Source of the DNA: an uncultured Thermoanaerobaculia bacterium
GTDB taxonomy: Bacteria; Acidobacteriota; Thermoanaerobaculia; Multivoradales; JAHEKO01
Direction of reading: 5' to 3'
Length of the DNA stretch: 47,751 nucleotides
Assembly (NCBI GenBank): GCA_964469055.1
Contig: CAYXXN010000002.1
Span: 1-47,751, forward strand
The position numbers and the translations under genes were made by a program. The notes under the pieces are model-generated. The model was not told the DNA's origin, made no database searches, and was given only the letters and a program-made list of their open reading frames with translations. Every line of letters begins with the position of its first letter. Position 1 is the first letter of the stretch. Shown here piece by piece: positions 42,427 to 47,751 of the stretch.

Positions 42427-42962
42427 GGACCGTCGATGACTTCCTGACGCACTTTCATCGGCAGCGGCGATGGACGCGGAACCTCGTGGCCGCGATCCCC
42501 GAGGAACACTTCGATTGGCGGCCTTCGCCGCAGAGCTTCAGCTGCGGCGACCTGGTGCGCCATCTGATGCAGACCGAGATCTTTTTTTCACGTCTGCTGG
42601 CCAAGGCGGCGGCCGGCGAGCTGCTCGATCCCTTCGGGCTCGAAGGCGATGCCGAGCAGCGCATGCGGGCCTTCCGCCGGCCGAATCTCGAGTCGGCCGG
42701 GAATCCGGCCTACGGCACGAGCTTCGCCAGCGCGCTCGAGCGCTGGGCCGACATCGAGCGGCGGACGGACGAGAACTTGCGCCAGATCCCCGACCGCGCC
42801 CTGCACGGAGTCGAGGCCGAACACCCGCTCACCCTCCTGCGGGCGCCGCTGTGGGAGGTCATGCTGGTGATGACCGAGCACGAGGCCCATCATCGCGGGC
42901 AGCTCTCGGCGTACTTGAAGGTGTTGGGTGTGCCCCAGCCCGCCGCCGCCATCGGGGCCTGA
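42423..42962 (+). CDS. DinB family (four-helix bundle, metal-dependent) protein
   Basis: ATGA overlap with the upstream gene. HL...E and C-terminal HEAHHRGQLSAYLK motif typical of DinB_2-like proteins. Confidence 0.75.
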   Translation: MRTVDDFLTHFHRQRRWTRNLVAAIPEEHFDWRPSPQSFSCGDLVRHLMQTEIFFSRLLAKAAAGELLDPFGLEGDAEQRMRAFRRPNLESAGNPAYGTSFASALERWADIERRTDENLRQIPDRALHGVEAEHPLTLLRAPLWEVMLVMTEHEAHHRGQLSAYLKVLGVPQPAAAIGA

Positions 42963-42975
42963 GCCCCAGAGCGCC

Positions 42976-42992
42976 GGCCGCCCGCGGCGGCC
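42976..42992. terminator. short GC hairpin between convergent genes
   Basis: GGCCGCC-CGC-GGCGGCC (7-bp stem, 3-nt loop). No U-tract, so weak evidence. Confidence 0.2.
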
Positions 42993-43000
42993 CGCACCGC

Positions 43001-44770
43001 TCAGAACGGGTAGAAAACGGGCAGGAGCAGGGTCGCCAGTAGCCAGAAGACGAGGTTCAGCGGCGCGCCGAACTTCAGGTAGTCGGTGAAGCGGTAGTTG
43101 CCGGGCCCGTAGACCATGGCGTTGGTCTGGTAGCCGACGGGGGTCATGAAGTCGCAGGAAGCGGCGAACGCCGACGCCATCAGGAACGGCTTCGGGTCCA
43201 CGCCCAGCTGCAGGGCCGCCGTGACGCCGATCGGCACCATGAGGACCGCCGTGCCGTTGTTGGAGAAGAAGGCCGTCAGCAGCGAGGCGGTGAGATAGAA
43301 GACCGACAGCATGACGTGCGCTCCATGCTCGGCGCCGACGGCGGAGAGCCCCCGCGCGATGGAATCCGCCAGACCGGTGTTGTGCATCGCGATGCCGAGT
43401 GGCAGGAAGGTCGCCAGCATGAGGATCACGCTCCAGTCCGTGGCCCGGATGGCGTGCTGGAGCGTCATGCCGCGGCTCACGAGGAGCAACGCCGCGCCGA
43501 GGATCGCCGCCTTGTGGATGGGCATGAGCCCTGCCGCGGAGACCGTGATGACGCCGGTCACCACCAGCGCGCTGAGCCACCAACGACGGGTCAGGCGCAG
43601 CGGCAGGTCGCGCTCGCCGAGCGGCTGGAAGTCGTCTTCGCCGTAGAGGGCCTCGACACGAGGGCGGGGCCCGAAGACGAGCAGGAGGTCCCAGGGCCGC
43701 AGCGGCACTCTGGCGACCTTGTCGCGGATGTGCTCGCCGGTGCGGTTGATCGCCAGGACGAAGCAGCCGAAGCGGCGCCGGAAGTCCACTTCCCGCAGGG
43801 TGGCGCCGACCAGGTCGGAGATCGGTGTCAGCTGCAGCTCGGCGAGGATGGTGTGCTGGTCCGAGAGGTCCCGGTCGGAGAGCTTGACGTCGGTCAGCAG
43901 CAGGAGCCCGAACTGCTCGCGAAACGAGATGATGTCCTCGACGGCGCCGCGCACCAACAGCGTGTCGCCCGGCTGCAGCGGCAGCGCCCGTAGGTTGGCC
44001 GAGATCTTCTCCTCGCCCCGCAGGATCTCGAGGACGTTGAGCTGGAAGCGCTCGCTGATCCGTTCCGCGACCACCGTCTGTCCCACCAGCTTCGAGCCCT
44101 CGGGCACCCGCAACTCGGTGAGGTACCCCGACAGGTGGTACTGGCGGGTGAGGCTCGACAGGATGGTCCGTGACGGCAGGTAGGGAAGCGCTACGAAGGC
44201 GGTGTAGGCGAGACCGACGACGGTCATCACCAAACCGAAAGGGGCGAACTCGAAGACCCCGAGCGGGCCGACCGGCGAGAGCGAGCTCACGAGGATGTTC
44301 GTCGAGGTGCCGAAGAGCGTGATGCAGCCGCCGAAGAGGGCCGCCCAGGACAGCGGCAGCAGGATCTTCGAGGGGCTGAAACGATAGTGGCGCGCCAGAT
44401 GCAGGGCGACGGGCAAGAAGACACTGACCACGGCCGTGTTGTTGACGAAGGCCGAAACCGTCGCGGCGACGCCCAGGAGCAGCAGCGAGGCCGCGCGTCC
44501 GGAGGTGCCGGTCATCTCGGCGATGCGATAGCCGAGCTTGGCGACCAGACCGCTGCGCACCAGCCCCTCGCTCATCCAGAACATCAGGAGCACGGTGATG
44601 ACGGCCTCGTTGCTGAAGCCGACGAGCGCCTCCTCGGGCGACACCAAGCCGAAGGCGAGCAGCAGGGCGAGCGCCGAGAGCGAGATCGCCGCCATCGGCA
44701 ACCATTCGCGCGCGAAAGCGAGGACCGTGAGCGCGATGATGCCCAGCAGGACGAGAGCCGGCGCAGTCAT
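43001..44770 (-). CDS. SLC13/DASS-family permease with two central TrkA-C (RCK_C) domains
   Basis: 589 aa. TM bundles at both ends flank two soluble repeats (VPEGSKLVGQTV...L.ILRG; TPISDLVGATLRE...VLAINR), typical of YfbS-like transporters. Confidence 0.85.
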   Translation of the reverse strand: MTAPALVLLGIIALTVLAFAREWLPMAAISLSALALLLAFGLVSPEEALVGFSNEAVITVLLMFWMSEGLVRSGLVAKLGYRIAEMTGTSGRAASLLLLGVAATVSAFVNNTAVVSVFLPVALHLARHYRFSPSKILLPLSWAALFGGCITLFGTSTNILVSSLSPVGPLGVFEFAPFGLVMTVVGLAYTAFVALPYLPSRTILSSLTRQYHLSGYLTELRVPEGSKLVGQTVVAERISERFQLNVLEILRGEEKISANLRALPLQPGDTLLVRGAVEDIISFREQFGLLLLTDVKLSDRDLSDQHTILAELQLTPISDLVGATLREVDFRRRFGCFVLAINRTGEHIRDKVARVPLRPWDLLLVFGPRPRVEALYGEDDFQPLGERDLPLRLTRRWWLSALVVTGVITVSAAGLMPIHKAAILGAALLLVSRGMTLQHAIRATDWSVILMLATFLPLGIAMHNTGLADSIARGLSAVGAEHGAHVMLSVFYLTASLLTAFFSNNGTAVLMVPIGVTAALQLGVDPKPFLMASAFAASCDFMTPVGYQTNAMVYGPGNYRFTDYLKFGAPLNLVFWLLATLLLPVFYPF

Positions 44771-44797
44771 GGGGATGGGGGCGCGGGGAGCAGCGGC

Positions 44798-44806
44798 AGT
44801 CTAGCA
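44798..44806 (-). promoter_or_regulatory. extended -10 promoter candidate (TGcTAGACT on minus strand)
   Basis: 27 nt upstream of the SLC13 ATG at 44770. Part of the 14-mer shared with 27805-27818. Confidence 0.35.
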
Positions 44807-44817
44807 GTCCGCCCCGT

Positions 44818-44826
44818 TGATAGACT
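44818..44826 (+). promoter_or_regulatory. extended -10 promoter candidate (TGaTAGACT)
   Basis: 46 nt upstream of ATG 44873, which carries SD GAGGAGAG. Identical 9-mer at 16452-16460. Confidence 0.35.
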
Positions 44827-44872
44827 TCGCCCTCGACGTCATCGCGCTGCCCGCGCCCGAGGAGAGTCCCCG

Positions 44873-45766
44873 ATGAGGAGGTCGCGCCTGAGAGCCCTCT
44901 GCCCCGCGCTCGCCGTGCTGGCGGGGGCGGGCTGGGTCGGAGCCTGTGCCGAGGGGGAGGCACCGGTCGCCTCGGTGACCGTCCAGCCGGCGGCGGCGGA
45001 GCTTCCCTATCCCGGCCTGGTGAGGCTCGAGTTGACCGTGCAGATGACCGAACCGGTGGCCGCCGAGGAGCGGCCGCTGGTCTTCGTCCATCTCCTCGAC
45101 GGCTCCGGCAACGTGGTGCGCACCTTCGATCACGAGTTCCCGCAGACCTGGCGCCCGGGCGGCGAGGCGCGCTACGAGGTCGTGCTGCAGCAGTCGGCCC
45201 TGGCTCCGCCGCTGCCTGCCGGCGAGTACGCGCTGACCCTTGGTCTCTACCGCGGTGAGCGCCGCTGGCCGCTGGCCGTGGCGGGCCGCGAGACCGACAC
45301 CCGGGAATACCAAGTGGCGACGATCGGCGTTCCGGCGACCGGACCGAGTGCCCCGATGTTCAACTTCTCGCCGTCCTGGCTGCCGACCGAAGGCGGGATC
45401 GACAACCAGATCCTGGGACGCCGGTGGCTATCGAGCGACGGCGTCCTGCGGTTGGCGGAGATCCCTGGGCCGGGCACCGTGCGGCTGGCCCTGCGACTGC
45501 CGGAGCCCCGGGCCGGAGAGGACGACCTCGTCTACGCCGAGGGTTACAGCTCGCCCGGGCTGCGGATCACGAGCAGCTGCGGCGGTCAGGAGTTCTCCAT
45601 CTCGGGCTTCGGCGCGCACGTCGTCGAGATTCCCATCCAGGCGGGGAGCGACGGCGCCACACCCGGGAGCTGCGAGCTGCGCTTCCAGCCGTTCTCGCAG
45701 CTCATCGAGAAGCGGTCGCTGCACACGCGGGCCGCCTTGCTCGAGGGGCTGGCCTGGCAGGGTTGA
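44873..45766 (+). CDS. hypothetical lipoprotein
   Basis: ATG 44873. Signal peptide with a lipobox-like WVGAC. 297 aa, beta-rich. No family recognised. The ORF-track extension to 44387 overlaps the SLC13 gene. Confidence 0.65.
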   Translation: MRRSRLRALCPALAVLAGAGWVGACAEGEAPVASVTVQPAAAELPYPGLVRLELTVQMTEPVAAEERPLVFVHLLDGSGNVVRTFDHEFPQTWRPGGEARYEVVLQQSALAPPLPAGEYALTLGLYRGERRWPLAVAGRETDTREYQVATIGVPATGPSAPMFNFSPSWLPTEGGIDNQILGRRWLSSDGVLRLAEIPGPGTVRLALRLPEPRAGEDDLVYAEGYSSPGLRITSSCGGQEFSISGFGAHVVEIPIQAGSDGATPGSCELRFQPFSQLIEKRSLHTRAALLEGLAWQG

Positions 45767-45772
45767 GCCGGG

Positions 45773-46258
45773 TCAGGGCATCTCCAGCGTCACGCCCGCC
45801 GAGGACGGCAGACCGTCGATGGCCCCCAGCGGCTTCCACACCTCGACTCCCTCGGCGTCGGTGGAGATGTCCATCCACTGCGCCTCGGCGAGGGTCACCT
45901 CCACGGCCAACTTGCCGTCGGCGGGCCGCGGGCGCGAGGTCTCCGTGCTCCAGAAGTTGTAGAGCGGGATCTCGGTCGAAGCCCCGGGTTCGACAGGGTA
46001 CATGAAGAGCTGGTTGACGTAGACCGGCAGCTCCTGGCCGTTGATCGTGACTTTGAAGCCGAGTTGCGAGGCGATCTGCTCACTCGTGTTGCGCAGGGTG
46101 ACCGCGAGTCGGCAGAGGACATCGGCGGCGAGATCCCGCGTGGGTTCGACGGTGACCTTCTCGACGACCACCGGAGAGGTCTGGGCAGCCGCGGGGACGG
46201 CATGCGTCAGGCAAGCCAGCGCGGCGAGGGTCGCGAGGCACTGGAGCCGGCGCGGCAT
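45773..46258 (-). CDS. hypothetical secreted protein (single beta-sandwich-like domain)
   Basis: 161 aa. Signal peptide ending AVPAAAQ. High GC3. No family recognised. Confidence 0.62.
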   Translation of the reverse strand: MPRRLQCLATLAALACLTHAVPAAAQTSPVVVEKVTVEPTRDLAADVLCRLAVTLRNTSEQIASQLGFKVTINGQELPVYVNQLFMYPVEPGASTEIPLYNFWSTETSRPRPADGKLAVEVTLAEAQWMDISTDAEGVEVWKPLGAIDGLPSSAGVTLEMP

Positions 46259-46265
46259 GGCGGCG

Positions 46266-46271
46266 ATTCTA
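46266..46271 (-). promoter_or_regulatory. -10 box candidate (TAGAAT) for leaderless transcript of 45773-46258
   Basis: Minus-strand TAGAAT, 7 nt upstream of ATG 46258. Confidence 0.35.
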
Positions 46272-46279
46272 CACGTCGT

Positions 46280-46297
46280 CTGTGACGGCCGTCACAG
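46280..46297. promoter_or_regulatory. perfect 18-bp palindrome, CRP-type operator candidate (TGTGA-N6-TCACA)
   Basis: CTGTGACGGCCGTCACAG is its own reverse complement. The core matches the CRP/GlxR-type half-sites with N6 spacing. It lies in the divergent intergenic region between two exported-protein genes. Confidence 0.5.
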
Positions 46298-46349
46298 CCC
46301 TCGGGCGGTGGCGGCCTTAGGCTGAGAACTCTCTGAGGCGCCGTCCGGC

Positions 46350-46829
46350 ATGCGACGTCTCCATTCCCTCCTCCTGCTGCTCCCGCTCGCCGCGTGCGAC
46401 GGCGGGAGCAGCCCCACCGAGCCCGGGTTCCCGACGGTCGCGGAGGTCGAACAACGCTCGTTCGACCTCGCCAATGGCGAGCGCCTGGCCGCCGGCGAGG
46501 CGGCCCTAGCGCTGTCGGGCGAGGTGACGGCGGTGGCCCGCCGGTACAGCGCCCAGATGCGCGACGAGGACTTCTTCGGCCACCACGACCCCGACGGTCG
46601 CGACCTGGCGGCGCGGCTGCGCGACGCCGGCATTCCCTACCGCGCGGCGGCCGAGAACCTGGCGCGGATGACCGGCGTTCCCGACCCGGCGCGCTGGGCT
46701 CACGACGAGCTGATGACGAGCGCCGAGCACCGGGAGAACATCTTGCGCGAGGGGTTCCGGCTGGCCGGCGTCGGCGTGGCGCAGCGCGGCGAGACCTACT
46801 GGCTCACGCAGATTTTCGTGGAGCCGTAG
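46350..46829 (+). CDS. CAP/SCP (PR-1-like, YkwD-type) domain lipoprotein
   Basis: Signal peptide with lipobox LAAC. NGERLAAG...L.LS..V..VARRYS..M....FFGH.DPDG and HRENIL...F...GVGVA are typical of bacterial CAP domains. Confidence 0.8.
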   Translation: MRRLHSLLLLLPLAACDGGSSPTEPGFPTVAEVEQRSFDLANGERLAAGEAALALSGEVTAVARRYSAQMRDEDFFGHHDPDGRDLAARLRDAGIPYRAAAENLARMTGVPDPARWAHDELMTSAEHRENILREGFRLAGVGVAQRGETYWLTQIFVEP

Positions 46830-46934
46830 GAGCCAGCCCGAGGTCCTCGTAGAGCGCCGTCAGCACGGCGTGGAAGCGCGCCCGGTGCGCCTCCTCGCTC
46901 GGGGTGCCGTTGACGGCCAGAGTATCCTGTCCCC

Positions 46935-47750
46935 ATGCCACGCCGCTTTCTCGCCGCCGCCGTCCAGATGACCTCGACCTCCGACGTGGAGGCCAACTGG
47001 GAGAGCGCCCAGGAGCTGGTGCGGCGGGCGGTCGGGCTGGGCGCCGCCTTCGTCGCGACCCCGGAGAACACCAACTACCTCGGCCCGCACGAGGAGAAGG
47101 TGCGGCGGGCGGAAACCCTGGAAGGTCCGAGTTGCGCCAGGTTCGGGGCACTGGCCCGCGAGCTCCGCATCCACTTGCTACTCGGTTCTTTCAACGAAGC
47201 GAGCGAGGATCCCCGCCGTTGCCGCAACACCTCCGTCCTCTTCGCTCCCGACGGCTCCCGGCTCGCCGTCTACCGCAAGATCCACCTCTTCGACATCGAT
47301 CTGCCCGGCAGTGTGCGCTTCGCCGAATCGGACACCGTCCTGCCGGGCGAGGACGTGGTCGTCGCCGCCACCCCGCTCGCCCACCTGGGTCTTACGATCT
47401 GCTATGATCTGCGCTTCGCCGAGCTCTACCGGCGGCTCGCCGAGGACGGCGCCGAGGTCCTGCTGGTTCCTTCCGCCTTCACCCTCGCGACCGGCAAGGA
47501 CCACTGGCACGCCCTGCTGCGCGCCCGGGCGATCGAGAACCAGTGCTGGGTGATCGCGCCGGCGCAGACCGGCCGGCACGACGACGGCGGCTTGCGCGAG
47601 AGCTACGGCCACGCCCTGATTGCCGACCCTTGGGGCGAGGTGGTGGCCCAGGCCTCCGACGGCCCGGGCCTGGCTCTCGCCGAGATCGATCTCGAGCGGG
47701 TAGAGCGGGTGCGGGCCGCCCTGCCGGTGGCGAAGCACCGGCGGCTCTGA
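46935..47750 (+). CDS. carbon-nitrogen hydrolase (nitrilase superfamily, Nit-like)
   Basis: Glu-Lys-Cys triad context: VATPEN, YRKIHLFD, LTICYDLRF. 271 aa, with the stop at 47748-47750. Confidence 0.88.
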   Translation: MPRRFLAAAVQMTSTSDVEANWESAQELVRRAVGLGAAFVATPENTNYLGPHEEKVRRAETLEGPSCARFGALARELRIHLLLGSFNEASEDPRRCRNTSVLFAPDGSRLAVYRKIHLFDIDLPGSVRFAESDTVLPGEDVVVAATPLAHLGLTICYDLRFAELYRRLAEDGAEVLLVPSAFTLATGKDHWHALLRARAIENQCWVIAPAQTGRHDDGGLRESYGHALIADPWGEVVAQASDGPGLALAEIDLERVERVRAALPVAKHRRL

Positions 47751-47751
47751 G

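Noticed and set aside
42582-42588. T7 homopolymer inside the DinB-family gene, unusual for this GC content, considered as a possible slippage or phase-variation site.
   Set aside because: It simply encodes Phe-Phe-Ser (ttt ttt tca) in an intact reading frame. The tract is too short for reliable phase variation, and the gene is not a typical contingency locus.
1-47751. Search for tRNA or rRNA genes, CRISPR repeats, IS elements, integrases, prophage genes and toxin-antitoxin pairs.
   Set aside because: Every intergenic gap is about 105 nt or shorter, and none shows cloverleaf-like or regularly spaced repeat structure. No translated ORF shows transposase, integrase, Cas or toxin signatures.

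Overview
High-GC (about 70% by eye) bacterial chromosomal segment. It is densely packed, with about 52 protein-coding genes and many ATGA/GTGA start-stop overlaps. I recognised no rRNA, tRNA, CRISPR array, transposase, integrase or phage genes. All calls rest on motif and architecture recognition from the supplied translations plus reading of the intergenic DNA; no alignments were run.

Gene content is mostly core and housekeeping:
- An aa3-type cytochrome c oxidase operon in unusual order: I, III, IV, two small membrane ORFs, II, DUF420.
- A TolC-MFP-RND efflux operon.
- A YhaM-like OB/HD nuclease.
- A secreted acidobacterial-style VWA protein and a small exported partner, convergent with a 1000-aa STAND/AAA+ TPR ATPase.
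- A co-directional string of orphan, xseA, xseB, rhomboid, JAMM and MoeB-rhodanese genes, facing a fused MoaD-MoaE gene.
- A carboxyltransferase / AtuA / enoyl-CoA hydratase cluster.
- YgfZ, an aquaporin, an IscA-type protein, an ECF sigma/anti-sigma pair, PMM/PGM, RlmH, a DksA-like protein, a LapA-LapB fusion, a HolA-like protein, MutM, an SLC13 transporter, three exported proteins and a nitrilase-family hydrolase.

The gene content and VWA architecture suggest Acidobacteriota or a related phylum (inference).

I do not see a convincing new defence or mobile system. The points most worth a second look are:
1. A recurrent leaderless-promoter architecture, including a shared TGnTAGACT extended -10 box.
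2. A perfect CRP-type palindrome (TGTGA-N6-TCACA) between two exported-protein genes.
3. Two genes whose conserved N-termini lie upstream of any canonical start codon, at CTGA junctions.
4. A JAMM / E1-rhodanese pair facing a MoaD-MoaE fusion.
5. A split-AtuA cluster of unknown biochemistry.
6. Two uncharacterised small membrane ORFs inside the oxidase operon.
7. A VWA / exported protein / STAND-TPR neighbourhood.
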